A stretch of 46,411 nucleotides of DNA from Clostridiales bacterium (GCA_016281805.1 JAEEJJ010000075.1:1-46411), one strand, 5' to 3'. Shown: positions 20,141 through 30,484, counted from the stretch's first letter. Numbers and translations: made by a program. The notes: generated by a model from the letters alone, not told the origin.

Positions 20141-21241
20141 ATGGAAGATAAATTTGATTTGCAGGCATATCTCACAAAAGGTGTGGAACAGATAGTTTCG
20201 GACGCAATAAAAGCAACGCTCAAAAATCCGAAAGAAAGCGCCTTTATGGCTAAGTTCGCCCTTGCTTCAAAATCCGCATCAAAAAGAAGACGTCTTCTTG
20301 AAGATTCAGGAGAACATATTCCGTCTTTTCTTATCGCAAGCATAACAAGTCAGTGCAATCTGCATTGCGCAGGCTGTTATTCCAGATGTAATCACGCTAC
20401 CGTAGACAGTGAACCGGTAAAACAGCTGTCGGGTGACGAATGGCAGAAAGTATTCAACGAAGCGGAAGAGCTCGGCATCAGTTTTATTCTGCTTGCCGGC
20501 GGGGAACCCATGCTGCGAAGAGATGTGATCGAAGCCGCGGCAAAAAAACAGAATATCCTTTTTCCGATTTTCACAAACGGAACCTTTATAGATGACCGCT
20601 ATCTTGATCTGCTTGATAAAAACCGAAATCTGCTTCCGGTCATGAGTATTGAGGGTGAAAAGGAAACGACCGATCTTCGGCGCGGAAAAGGCGTATACGA
20701 CAGACTGATTTCTAATATGGATTTATTCCGTAAAAAAGGTATTATTTTCGGAGCTTCGGTCACCGTTACCACGCAAAATATCCGAGAGGTCTCGTCAGAT
20801 GCATTCCTGAAAAATCTATCCGAAAGAGGCTGTAAAGTCGTTATTTTCGTTGAATTCGTTCCGGTCACCGACGACAGCAAGGAGCTTGCTCCAGGCGACA
20901 GCGAGCGTGAATATCTCATCGCTGAAATCGACCGTCTCAGAAAAGAACGTCCCGAAATGGTTTATCTGTCATTTCCCGGCGACGAAAAAGGTACCGGCGG
21001 ATGTGTTGCTGCAGGACGCGGATTTTTCCACATAAACTCACACGGAGGCGCGGAGCCTTGCCCGTTTTCTCCGTATTCGGATATAAATGTTCGTGATACG
21101 TCTTTGAAAGTCGCCCTTAATTCACATCTTTTTACTGAACTGCGCAACGGCGGATATCTTCTTGAAGACCATGCCGGCGGATGCGTTCTTTACGAGAAAA
21201 GAGCGCAGGTCGAAAAAATACTTGCCGCCGGAATAAAATAA
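20141..21241 (+). CDS. Radical SAM protein with SPASM/twitch-like C-terminus
   Basis: [17 protein letters not shown]-terminal CVAAG..EPCPF..GGC. Confidence 0.9.
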   Translation: MEDKFDLQAYLTKGVEQIVSDAIKATLKNPKESAFMAKFALASKSASKRRRLLEDSGEHIPSFLIASITSQCNLHCAGCYSRCNHATVDSEPVKQLSGDEWQKVFNEAEELGISFILLAGGEPMLRRDVIEAAAKKQNILFPIFTNGTFIDDRYLDLLDKNRNLLPVMSIEGEKETTDLRRGKGVYDRLISNMDLFRKKGIIFGASVTVTTQNIREVSSDAFLKNLSERGCKVVIFVEFVPVTDDSKELAPGDSEREYLIAEIDRLRKERPEMVYLSFPGDEKGTGGCVAAGRGFFHINSHGGAEPCPFSPYSDINVRDTSLKVALNSHLFTELRNGGYLLEDHAGGCVLYEKRAQVEKILAAGIK

Positions 21242-21260
21242 CAAAACAGAGGAGAAAAAA

Positions 21261-22202
21261 ATGGAGATCAAAGCAGTAAAATTCAGAACAGACGGATTTT
21301 ATTCTCAGCCCTTCTCGTTCGGCGGAGAGGAAGGTCCCGATAAATTCGATAAAAACATACGCTATCGCGGCAGTCTGCAAAATTATCTTATAGACCTCGG
21401 CAGCGAAGTTATTCTTGTAGATACCGGCCTGCCTGCAGGAACACCGGAAGAATCTCCGGATGAAAACAGCCCTGCATATACAGGCAGAGATATCTGCTCA
21501 TATATGGAAGCTTTTGAAAAGCTCGGTTACAGACCCGAACAGGTTACCGCCGTTATTCTTACCCACAGGCATTCTGATCATTCGGGTGAACTGAGATCGT
21601 TCCCTGACGCAAAAATATATGTAAATGCCGATGAAATGTCTGCCGATGAACTTCAGGGGCTCAGCAACCTTGTCCCCGTATCGTTTACAGACGGCGCATA
21701 TTATAATTTCCCCGAAAGCGCTAAAATAAGAGACGGCATATATATGATCAAAGCTAAAGGACATACCAACGGCAACAGTATTGTCATTGTAGAAAACAAC
21801 GGTCTTTTCTATATGCTTCACGGAGATATCACTTATGTCGATGAGGCGTTGTATGAAAACAAACTTTCAGTCGTATATGACGATCTTCCCGCCGCGCGAG
21901 AAACTCTTGACAGAGTCCGTGAATTTGTTCGAAATCATCCAACCGTATATTGCGGAACGCATACTCCTCAGGGATATGAAAATCTCGAAGCAAATCGGGT
22001 GATCGATCTTGATGATCCGGCAGAAACAATCCCTGCCAATATCGATTTCGGCAATCAAAAAGCTTCCGGCAAATATGTTTGCTCGATCTGCGGCTATGTT
22101 TACGATCCCGCCGAGCAAGACGGCGTTGCTTTTGATGATCTTCCAGACGACTGGAAATGCCCGAGATGCAAACAGGGTAAGGATAAATTCAATAAAGCGT
22201 AA
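21261..22202 (+). CDS. Metallo-beta-lactamase-fold hydrolase fused to rubredoxin
   Basis: LVDTG, THRHSDH, GHT, GD; C-terminal [21 protein letters not shown]. Confidence 0.88.
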   Translation: MEIKAVKFRTDGFYSQPFSFGGEEGPDKFDKNIRYRGSLQNYLIDLGSEVILVDTGLPAGTPEESPDENSPAYTGRDICSYMEAFEKLGYRPEQVTAVILTHRHSDHSGELRSFPDAKIYVNADEMSADELQGLSNLVPVSFTDGAYYNFPESAKIRDGIYMIKAKGHTNGNSIVIVENNGLFYMLHGDITYVDEALYENKLSVVYDDLPAARETLDRVREFVRNHPTVYCGTHTPQGYENLEANRVIDLDDPAETIPANIDFGNQKASGKYVCSICGYVYDPAEQDGVAFDDLPDDWKCPRCKQGKDKFNKA

Positions 22203-22209
22203 ACAGTAT

Positions 22210-22247
22210 AAAAAAAGGACTTCTGCATTCAAATGCAGAGGTCCTTT
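22210..22247. terminator. Bidirectional terminator
   Basis: AAAGGACTTCTGCATT...AATGCAGAGGTCCTTT between convergent genes. Confidence 0.8.
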
Positions 22248-22266
22248 AACATATGTTACAGCAAGG

Positions 22267-23622
22267 TTAATCTTTTTTCCACTTAAAGCAAAGCATCGTC
22301 ATATCGTCAAACTGATCATTGCCGTTTATAAACACATCTATCGATTTTTTGATACCGTCAAGTATTTCCGCAGGAGTGCTGTCGCTTTTGTTTTCAAAAC
22401 AATTAAGCAATCTTTCATCACCGAAAAGATTGTGCTTTTCATCTTCCGCTTCCGTAACTCCGTCCGTATACAAATAAAGCGTATCGCCTGACGTAAGTGT
22501 GATGCTGCTGCTCTTATATTTCATGTTTTCCATGCCGCCGAGAACGAAACCGTTTTTTATCTTCAAAAATTCCGCTTTATTGTCGTGCAGCAATACGGGC
22601 GGATTATGCCCTGCGCTGACAAAAGTCATTTCACCGTTTTCCGTATCAAAAACGCCTACCCATAAAGTAACAAACATTTCCGCTTCGTTTCTTGCGCACA
22701 GAGCGTTGTTTGCCATCATCACTGCATCCGAAAGGCTCGGGATATCTCTTATGCAGTTTTGAAGCGTGATTTTTGATGTTGCCATAAATAACGCGGCAGG
22801 AACACCTTTTCCCGAAACATCTCCGATAACAAACGCAATATGCGTGGGATCAACGAAAAACACATCGTAAAAATCGCCGCCCACCTCTTTTGCGGCTTCC
22901 ATTGATGCGCTTACATCAAGCCCTTCGCAGCCCGGATAGCTTTCGTTCAGCTGAGGCAGCAGTGAGTGCTGGATAACGTTTGCAACTTCAAGCTCCGACT
23001 GCATGCGGCTTTTTTCGAGCGTGAGGTTTTTCTGCTTTTCGGTATAGGTAATAATTGCGATCATCATCATAAAGCCGAGCGCATTTACTATTATAAACGG
23101 TATCGCGATCTGCTTTACTATGTCGAATGCAGTTTCAAACGGTTTTACCATTATCAGCACGATACAAAGGTGAAAAACTTCCATCAATGCGCTGAGAATG
23201 AGTGCAAAATAAGGCTTTATTATGTTCTTATGCCATTTATACGATATAAATCCGCAAATAAGACCTATGCAGCAGGTCGCCACAACACATGCCTGCGCTG
23301 TGATCCCGCCCATGGTCAGCCTGTGAACGCCTGCTATGAGCCCTGCGATCACTCCTCCAAGAGGACCGCCCGAAAATCCGGCAAGCATCGGACCTATATC
23401 TCGAACGGAAATGACTGCTCCGTTAAGATCAAAGCCGGAGATATTACCGTAAATACCGAATATTCCGCCTACAAGCCCCATGATAACGGAATAGATCCAC
23501 TGCTTTTCTGTTTTGAATATTCTTGAGATCAGATCGCTGCCGCCGATAAATGCGGAAACTGTAAGTATTACCGCCAGTGTGCCTATCAGCTTTGAAAACA
23601 TTGTACTTAATTCACTTATCAT
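22267..23622 (-). CDS. Membrane sensor (LytS/YhcK 5TM-type) PP2C/SpoIIE-family phosphatase
   Basis: N-terminal TMs with ISVRD..AG..GGP..G.IAG.HR; VGGDFYD, GDVSGKG, AGHNPP, YTDGVTEA, DDMT. Confidence 0.9.
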   Translation of the reverse strand: MISELSTMFSKLIGTLAVILTVSAFIGGSDLISRIFKTEKQWIYSVIMGLVGGIFGIYGNISGFDLNGAVISVRDIGPMLAGFSGGPLGGVIAGLIAGVHRLTMGGITAQACVVATCCIGLICGFISYKWHKNIIKPYFALILSALMEVFHLCIVLIMVKPFETAFDIVKQIAIPFIIVNALGFMMMIAIITYTEKQKNLTLEKSRMQSELEVANVIQHSLLPQLNESYPGCEGLDVSASMEAAKEVGGDFYDVFFVDPTHIAFVIGDVSGKGVPAALFMATSKITLQNCIRDIPSLSDAVMMANNALCARNEAEMFVTLWVGVFDTENGEMTFVSAGHNPPVLLHDNKAEFLKIKNGFVLGGMENMKYKSSSITLTSGDTLYLYTDGVTEAEDEKHNLFGDERLLNCFENKSDSTPAEILDGIKKSIDVFINGNDQFDDMTMLCFKWKKD

Positions 23623-23657
23623 AATAATCTCTCATTTTCCGTAAATAACAATCTCTT

Positions 23658-24440
23658 TCAGTTATCAGACATAGGAAGAACATTTTCATAAAGGTGCTTT
23701 GCGAATTCATAGCTTGAATATGCGGCAAATCGCTGATATTCATCGCTTTTTTTACTGTCGGCAAAATCGCATACGCTTTTTATGATCAGCGGTATCGGTT
23801 TCGGATCGCTTGAATGGTTTGCCGCATAAACAACGGCGTAAGATTCCATGTCAAGCCCCACTGTGTGCCTGTATTGAGAATATACCTGCTTTTCAAGCAG
23901 CTCCTTGCTTGCCACAACGGTACTGCCGCACGCCATCGGTCCAATAAATACGTGGCACGGATTATCGTTTGATTCAACTGATTTTCTTATTATCGGCATG
24001 ATCTCTTCCGGTATAGACTCAGATGTGGATCTCGGTAAAAAACCTATATTTCCGTAAACGATGCTTGCATTGTCGGGACTGACAAATTTGCCGGCAGAAT
24101 AATTCCACACAACATCTGGAACTATAACGTCGCCGTACATCTGCTCCGTAATATCAGATTGCGCCACGCCTGCCGCGATACCGGTCATTATAAGGTATCT
24201 CGGTCTGAAAGTGTAAATAACCTTCATTGCGGTAGCGGCTGCGGCGGTCATGCCCATTTCGTCTATTTTTGCGTGAACCAGGGAACACGTTTTTCCGTTG
24301 TTCTCAAATGACGCCACATCGTATATCTGTTCATCGGCAGCGAATGTCTTCGCCTTCCAGTCGTGAAAGTGCATAACGGCGCGAAATTCTGTCGTAGTTA
24401 CCGTAAGTATCGCCACATCGGTTTCATATTTGCTCTTCAT
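23658..24440 (-). CDS. Purine nucleoside phosphorylase / MTA-SAH nucleosidase-fold protein
   Basis: MGMTAAA, TGIAAG, GDVIV, GPMACG, DMESYAV, IKSVCDFAD. Confidence 0.82.
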   Translation of the reverse strand: MKSKYETDVAILTVTTTEFRAVMHFHDWKAKTFAADEQIYDVASFENNGKTCSLVHAKIDEMGMTAAAATAMKVIYTFRPRYLIMTGIAAGVAQSDITEQMYGDVIVPDVVWNYSAGKFVSPDNASIVYGNIGFLPRSTSESIPEEIMPIIRKSVESNDNPCHVFIGPMACGSTVVASKELLEKQVYSQYRHTVGLDMESYAVVYAANHSSDPKPIPLIIKSVCDFADSKKSDEYQRFAAYSSYEFAKHLYENVLPMSDN

Positions 24441-24508
24441 AATCCCTCTTGACCGCTTCGCGAATATATTATAATGATCGAAACAGTGAAAACACTATAA
24501 TTTAATTA

Positions 24509-24537
24509 ATTATACCATATTTTTGTTTTTTTTTCAA
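24509..24537 (-). promoter_or_regulatory. Sigma-A promoter of nucleosidase-PP2C operon
   Basis: Minus strand TTGAAA-17-TATAAT with extended TG. Confidence 0.7.
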
Positions 24538-24582
24538 TAGTTAAAATCATCGTATATGATTTTATCCTGAATATGTTTTATA

Positions 24583-24611
24583 TTGACATTTGAAAAAAAT
24601 TGATGTATAAT
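24583..24611 (+). promoter_or_regulatory. Sigma-A promoter
   Basis: TTGACA-17-TATAAT. Confidence 0.8.
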
Positions 24612-24668
24612 GCAGATAATATCATTCTCATTTAATTATTGATCAATAATCGTTTTCGGAGGTATAAA

Positions 24669-26069
24669 ATGGGCAAATCAAAACATTGCAGACTACTTAT
24701 GATATTGTTTGTTGTTTTTCTTGCTATTTCTGCCTGCGTCGGCGCTTCAGATGAGACGATTCCTGAATACGAAAATGCAGTCTACGCTGAGGATCTTGAC
24801 GGTTTTATCATTAAATGGGCATGGACAGCTGCAGATACAACTTTCGGCTATGTGCCCGGAACGAATTTTTCCGATATTGCGCTTGAAAGAAAAAAAGAAG
24901 TTGAAAACAAACTTAACTGCAACATTGATGTCGAATACAATTCAAATACCACAAGCCTTTATCAGGCATCTGTTATGACTGGAACGCATTACTGTGATCT
25001 TCTTACCACCGGAAATACTATTTCGACGCTGATAAGGGGAGGATATTTTGCCGGACTGTCATCTTTTCTTGATCTTGACAATACATTCAAATGGGGATCT
25101 CCCTTAACGCTGTCGTCTGTTGCATGGAAAGACGATGTTTACGCTGTTTGCCCCGCATCGTGGCCCGAGCTGTTTCTCGCATCGGCAAGTTATCCGATAG
25201 TGATAAACGAAAGCCTTGTGGCTAAATACGGACTTGAAGATCCCAGGGTTTACGTTGAAAACGGCACATGGAACTGGGATAAATTTGAAGAATGCATTCA
25301 GGCGTTTACCGTTCAGGACGGTGAGAATAAGGTATACGGTTTTATGACACACCCGCCATATTTCGGAGTCTCAATGGTTCTTTCCAACGGAGTTACTTTC
25401 ACACAGGTTGAAAACGGCAAGGTAACGTGCGGTTTGTATTCCGAAAACGGACGCTCCGCTCTTGAGCGGGCAAGATCCATAATGTTCGAAACATGTTCAG
25501 ATTGTATACATCCCGAAACAGATTGCTATTTTCAGAAAGGCGTTGATCTTTTCCTTTCCAACGCAGCAGTTATGTATACGTCTCGCGGTGACGACCTTCT
25601 GAGCGGCACAGACTCGATTATATTCAATTTCAGCGATATCGGAATTGTCCCGTATCCATACGGTCCCAACGGCAAACCGGGAGTATATCTCGGTTATAAT
25701 CAGGGACTTAATTATGCTACCGCCCTTACTCTGAATTCAGCCGATGCTGAAGCTTCCGTTAAAATATTAAGCGAAATGTTTGAGCCTTTTGAAGGATATG
25801 AAACTAAAGAAAAGCTTATAGAATATATGTCAGAACAGATTTTCTCAGATAAAAGAGATGCAGAAATATACTACAGTCTGCTTGAAAATACCGAATACGG
25901 TTACTATAACGAAGGCGGACGCAAGCTTGTGGATAATATATTTGTGTCTGCAAAGTCAGTATCGGAGATACTTGAATCGTTTGAATCTCAGTATTCCGAT
26001 CTTATAGAAAACTATATGACCCCGATTTATGAAGGGCTTACTGCAGTATACGGTGAAATGCAGCAGTGA
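24669..26069 (+). CDS. Extracellular solute-binding lipoprotein (paralogue 1)
   Basis: ATG 24669 with GGAGG; lipobox ISAC; DPR.YVENGTWNWDKF, IVPYPYGP motifs typical of sugar-type SBPs. Confidence 0.75.
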   Translation: MGKSKHCRLLMILFVVFLAISACVGASDETIPEYENAVYAEDLDGFIIKWAWTAADTTFGYVPGTNFSDIALERKKEVENKLNCNIDVEYNSNTTSLYQASVMTGTHYCDLLTTGNTISTLIRGGYFAGLSSFLDLDNTFKWGSPLTLSSVAWKDDVYAVCPASWPELFLASASYPIVINESLVAKYGLEDPRVYVENGTWNWDKFEECIQAFTVQDGENKVYGFMTHPPYFGVSMVLSNGVTFTQVENGKVTCGLYSENGRSALERARSIMFETCSDCIHPETDCYFQKGVDLFLSNAAVMYTSRGDDLLSGTDSIIFNFSDIGIVPYPYGPNGKPGVYLGYNQGLNYATALTLNSADAEASVKILSEMFEPFEGYETKEKLIEYMSEQIFSDKRDAEIYYSLLENTEYGYYNEGGRKLVDNIFVSAKSVSEILESFESQYSDLIENYMTPIYEGLTAVYGEMQQ

Positions 26070-26155
26070 AAAATGAGTGTGGAACAGCGATATCCGAACA
26101 GTCATATTTTTGTAAACGAGCTTTTTTTCTAAAATGCGCTTATATTTTTGAGATC

Positions 26156-26185
26156 AGAAAGCAGACAAGCTGTCTGCTTTCTTTT
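26156..26185 (+). terminator. Intrinsic terminator
   Basis: AGAAAGCAGACA-AGC-TGTCTGCTTTCT then T run. Confidence 0.75.
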
Positions 26186-26302
26186 AAATTATACGACCGT
26201 TCAGAAAATATGTCCCGATACTCAAAGAATAAAGATATACAATGAAAAAACAGGAACATGCTCACACAGCATCTTTTGTATTTCCCCGCCCGGAATATTA
26301 TA

Positions 26303-26331
26303 TTGACAACCTGAAAGAAATGTAGTATAAT
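26303..26331 (+). promoter_or_regulatory. Sigma-A promoter
   Basis: TTGACA-17-TATAAT. Confidence 0.8.
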
Positions 26332-26407
26332 AAAAATAATTAAATCCCGGATTTTATTATTGTATGTAGCGAATTGCCGATATATATTATCTCAGGAGAT
26401 CAACCAT

Positions 26408-26707
26408 ATGAATGAATTCGTTCTTCCGGCTGTCTGCGCGCTGCTTGTCATTCTGAATCTAATATCTTTTTTTCTGATGGCTTTTGATAAGCATCTTGCA
26501 AAAGCAGGCAAACGCCGTGTTCCCGAAAAAGTTCTTTTTATTTCAACTATATGTTTTGGTGGATTGGGCGGCGTTCTCGGAATGATTTTATGCCGCCATA
26601 AAACGAAGCACTGGTATTTTAAACTGTTTTTCCCGATATTTCTTATTGCTCAGATAGCAGTTCTTGCTTTTTTGTATATGTCATACAACGGAAATCTGAA
26701 TTTCTGA
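26408..26707 (+). CDS. DUF1294 (YsdA-like) membrane protein
   Basis: ATG 26408 with AGGAG; DKHLA..RRVPEK.L..GG.GG..GM..RHKTKH. Confidence 0.85.
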   Translation: MNEFVLPAVCALLVILNLISFFLMAFDKHLAKAGKRRVPEKVLFISTICFGGLGGVLGMILCRHKTKHWYFKLFFPIFLIAQIAVLAFLYMSYNGNLNF

Positions 26708-26728
26708 TTCGGAACAGGGGAGAGAAAA

Positions 26729-27430
26729 GTGAAACCTACAGTCGGTGTTTTACCTCTTTGGGATGAAGAAAAAAACAGCATATGGATGCTGCCCGGTTAT
26801 ATGGACGGGATTTTATCCGCAGGCGCGCTTCCCGTCATATTGCCGTTTTCAACAGAAAACAGCGATCTTGAAAGAATATTCGAAATTTGCGACGGGTTTC
26901 TTTTTACCGGCGGTCAGGATGTGTCGCCCGCATTATATAACGAGATCCCGATCGACGGCATAAACTGTATCTGCGAAAAACGTGACATACTTGAGATCGA
27001 AATTTTCAGAAGAGCTTTTGCTTTAGATAAACCGATCCTCGGCATATGCCGCGGAATTCAGCTTATCAATGTTGCAATGGGCGGAACTCTTTATCAGGAT
27101 CTGCCGATGCAGCGCCCGTCTGATATTATTCACCGTCAGAGTCCTCCGTACGATATTCCGTCGCATACGGTAAGAATAGAAGAGGGATGTCCGCTTTTCA
27201 ACTGTCTGGGTATAAATTCCGCAGATGTCAACAGCAGTCACCATCAGGCGATAAAAAATCTCGCTCCCGGTCTTAAAGCTATGGCATATTCTTCAGACGG
27301 AATTATCGAAGCGGTTTACAGTCCTGACCGCACTTTTCTCTGGGCGGTTCAATGGCATCCGGAAAGACTTTTCAATAAAGATGAAAACAATAAAAAAATT
27401 TTTAATGTTTTTGTAAGATCCATGCTTTAA
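26729..27430 (+). CDS. Peptidase C26 / gamma-glutamyl hydrolase family (class I glutamine amidotransferase)
   Basis: TGGQDV, LGICRG, VNSSHHQA, VQWHPE. Confidence 0.9.
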   Translation: MKPTVGVLPLWDEEKNSIWMLPGYMDGILSAGALPVILPFSTENSDLERIFEICDGFLFTGGQDVSPALYNEIPIDGINCICEKRDILEIEIFRRAFALDKPILGICRGIQLINVAMGGTLYQDLPMQRPSDIIHRQSPPYDIPSHTVRIEEGCPLFNCLGINSADVNSSHHQAIKNLAPGLKAMAYSSDGIIEAVYSPDRTFLWAVQWHPERLFNKDENNKKIFNVFVRSML

Positions 27431-27468
27431 AAATTAAATCATAAAATCAAAATAAGGAGAAAATCATA

Positions 27469-29376
27469 ATGAGCGAAGAAAGTATCAGAATTCAGGACGA
27501 TCTTTATCAGGCAGTCAACGGCGAATGGCTCAAAACTGCCGTCATACCCGATGACAGACCTATGACCGGCGGTTTTGCAGAACTTGACCAGGATGTCGAA
27601 AAAACAATGATGGCTGATTTCAAAGCGTTCGCGGACGGGACAAAAACAACGGATATTCCCGAAATGAAATACGCTGTTTCTCTGTATAAAAAAATTCTTG
27701 ACACCGAAAGAAGAAACAAAGAGGGTATAGCACCTGCTCTTCCTGTTCTCGAAAAGATCAGATCGGTAAAAACCCCCGAGGATCTTAATAATGTCGCTGC
27801 CGAATTTCTTTTAAACGATATCGATCTCCCCATACAGACAAGCGTTGAGGCTGATATGGAAAATGCTGAGAAACATTCTTTCATAATGCTCGGCGCTCCG
27901 ATAATACTTCCCGATACCACATATTATGCAGACGATAATCCTGCCGGCGCGCAGCTTCTTGCGATCTATTCCGATATGGCATCCAAACTTTTAGCTTATA
28001 CGCCGCTTTCTGAAGACGAACAGAAAAAATATCTTGAAGATACTCTTGCTTTTGATGCGCTCGTTGCTCAAAAGGTTAAAAGCCAGGTCGAATGGTCGGA
28101 ATATTACAAAAATCACAATCCTATGAGCGTTGACGAAGTATCGTCATACGTTGCTCCTCTCGACATCAAAAAACTGCTTTGCGACTTATACGGAAGTAAT
28201 TCTCCCGATACGATCATCGTTTATGACCCGAAAGCAATAAAGGAAATGAACGGTTATTTTACGCGCGATAATTTTGATATGTATATTCATTGGGCATATG
28301 TCAGAGCTCTCATCAAAAGCGCCGGTTGTCTTTCCGAAACTCTGGCGTCTCTCAGCAAAACATACCGAAGAGCGCTTACCGGTGTTGCCGCAGACCCTGC
28401 AATAGATAAACAGGCATACAATGTTGCTTCAATGATGTATTCTGAGCCTGTCGGAGTTTATTACGGCAGAACATATTTCGGCGAAGAGGCAAAAAAGGAT
28501 GTAGTCGAGCTCGTTAAAAAAATAATCGAAACATATAAGCTCCGTGTACGCAAAAACACTTTCCTTGCAGAACAAACGAAGGAGCAGGCGATCAAAAAGC
28601 TTTCCACTATCGAAATAAAGATGGGCTATCCGGATACGGTCAAGGAATTTTGGTCAACTCTTGTTTTTGACGAAAACGATTCGTATTTTGATGCTATGTG
28701 CAAGCTTTCTTCGATACGCAACAAAGATGCGATAGACAGATTGCTTAAACCTGTTGACCGCACCGAGTGGGCTATGCCGGGACATATGGTAAACGCCTGC
28801 TACAATCCGAACAGCAATGATATCACTTTCCCCGCAGCTATTCTCCAGAAGCCGTTCTACTCCATTAAACAGAGCGTCAGCGAAAACCTCGGCGGCATCG
28901 GAGCCGTTATAGGCCATGAAATATCTCACGCATTTGACAACAACGGCGCAAAATTCGATGAACGAGGCAATCTGAAAGACTGGTGGACTGAAGACGACTT
29001 CAAGGCGTTTGACGACCTTACAAAAGACATGATCGCTCAGTTTGACGGCATTGAATACCACGGCGGTAAAGTCAACGGTGAGCTTGTCGTCAGTGAAAAC
29101 ATTGCCGATAACGGCGGTATGGGTGTCACTCTTGAAATAATGCATACTCTTTCCGCCCCCGACTATCAGTCATATTTCAAAAACTGGGCGCGTGTATGGT
29201 GTATGAAGGCAAAAGAAGAGTATATACAGCTTCTTCTTTCCGTAGATGTTCATTCCCCAAATGTCCTCAGGGCAAATATGCCTCCCCGAAACTTTGGCGA
29301 GTGGTATGATGCTTTTGATGTTACCGAAAACGATAAAATGTATATTGCCCCCGAAAAGAGAATAAGCATTTGGTAA
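27469..29376 (+). CDS. pepO: M13 endopeptidase
   Basis: QDDLYQAVNGEW, VNACY, FPAAILQ, HEISH, ENIADNGG. Confidence 0.92.
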   Translation: MSEESIRIQDDLYQAVNGEWLKTAVIPDDRPMTGGFAELDQDVEKTMMADFKAFADGTKTTDIPEMKYAVSLYKKILDTERRNKEGIAPALPVLEKIRSVKTPEDLNNVAAEFLLNDIDLPIQTSVEADMENAEKHSFIMLGAPIILPDTTYYADDNPAGAQLLAIYSDMASKLLAYTPLSEDEQKKYLEDTLAFDALVAQKVKSQVEWSEYYKNHNPMSVDEVSSYVAPLDIKKLLCDLYGSNSPDTIIVYDPKAIKEMNGYFTRDNFDMYIHWAYVRALIKSAGCLSETLASLSKTYRRALTGVAADPAIDKQAYNVASMMYSEPVGVYYGRTYFGEEAKKDVVELVKKIIETYKLRVRKNTFLAEQTKEQAIKKLSTIEIKMGYPDTVKEFWSTLVFDENDSYFDAMCKLSSIRNKDAIDRLLKPVDRTEWAMPGHMVNACYNPNSNDITFPAAILQKPFYSIKQSVSENLGGIGAVIGHEISHAFDNNGAKFDERGNLKDWWTEDDFKAFDDLTKDMIAQFDGIEYHGGKVNGELVVSENIADNGGMGVTLEIMHTLSAPDYQSYFKNWARVWCMKAKEEYIQLLLSVDVHSPNVLRANMPPRNFGEWYDAFDVTENDKMYIAPEKRISIW

Positions 29377-29446
29377 TTGTTCCTTAAAAAACGACCTTGC
29401 CTGATTATGACTGTCAGCCCAATAAACTTAAAACGGAGGTAAAATC

Positions 29447-30433
29447 ATGAAAATACTCAAAGCAATTTCCCTTATCATCGTCGCAGCTCTTTTGTTCGCT
29501 CTTACTTCATGCGTCAGTGCGCCAACGGGAGGGGATACTTCGGCAGAACCGTCTCAGACAGCGAATCAGATCGACGATCAGCAAAACAATACCGAAACAG
29601 ATCAGGGAACTTCGGCAGACCCTGAATCAGACCCGGCTCAGACCGGCACCGAAGCGGAATCTGCTGCCGAATCTGAAGACAACAAGGCAGATGTTACTGT
29701 TGAATCTCATGTTGTTTTTGAAGACAGCGGAATCAGAATTACAGTAAAAAGCCTTGATATGAATGCGCTTTTCGGACCTGAACTGAAATTTCTTATCGAA
29801 AACGATTCAGATGAAGATATAGAGATTTCCGTAAACAACGTTGTAGTAAACGGATATATGTTTTCTGCGTATCTTTATACCGATGTTGCCGCAGGTAAAA
29901 AAGCCAACAGCAGCATCACGCTGTCAAAGTCCGATCTCGAAGAACTCGCTATAGATACCGTTGCCGATATCGAAATTGATTTTTCAGTTTATAAAAACGA
30001 TACGTGGGATCTTATTTGCAAATCAGACCTTATCAGTATAAAAACATCCGCCGCAGATAGCTATCTTTATAATTATGATGAATCAGGCACCAAGGTTTAT
30101 GATGACAACGGTGTGCTTATTGTTGTAAAAGGTATAGTGGAAGACGAATTTATGGGCGACAGCATCCTTGTTTACGCATACAATACAAACGATGTACCCG
30201 TTACTGTCAGCACCAGAAACGTTTCTGTCAATGGTTTTATGATAGATCCATGGTTTTCGTGCAACATGCTCCCCGGCAAACATGCGCTGAGCAAGCTGTC
30301 TTTTTCAGAAACCGATCTTGAAGAAAACGAAATTGAAAGCATCCGGGATGTTGAGATCACATTCTATATCTATGATACAGATTCATGGGAAGATATAGCA
30401 TATGCCGACCCTGTTCATCTTACATTTAACTGA
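29447..30433 (+). CDS. Acidic lipoprotein with two tandem beta-rich repeats, unknown function
   Basis: Lipobox LTSC; low-complexity linker; duplicated V(F/Y)xDxG..N....V.VNG(Y/F)M..GK.A.S...DLEE domain. Confidence 0.75.
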   Translation: MKILKAISLIIVAALLFALTSCVSAPTGGDTSAEPSQTANQIDDQQNNTETDQGTSADPESDPAQTGTEAESAAESEDNKADVTVESHVVFEDSGIRITVKSLDMNALFGPELKFLIENDSDEDIEISVNNVVVNGYMFSAYLYTDVAAGKKANSSITLSKSDLEELAIDTVADIEIDFSVYKNDTWDLICKSDLISIKTSAADSYLYNYDESGTKVYDDNGVLIVVKGIVEDEFMGDSILVYAYNTNDVPVTVSTRNVSVNGFMIDPWFSCNMLPGKHALSKLSFSETDLEENEIESIRDVEITFYIYDTDSWEDIAYADPVHLTFN

Positions 30434-30457
30434 TCTTTTGATATATTTTCGGATTTT

Positions 30458-30484
30458 CCGCCCCCTTTTCGGGGGCGGTTTCTT
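30458..30484 (+). terminator. Intrinsic terminator
   Basis: CCGCCCCC-TTTTC-GGGGGCGG-TTTCTT. Confidence 0.8.

Noticed and set aside
19066-21241. RiPP cluster around the radical SAM/SPASM-like gene
   Set aside because: No precursor peptide, RRE/PqqD domain or peptide exporter adjacent
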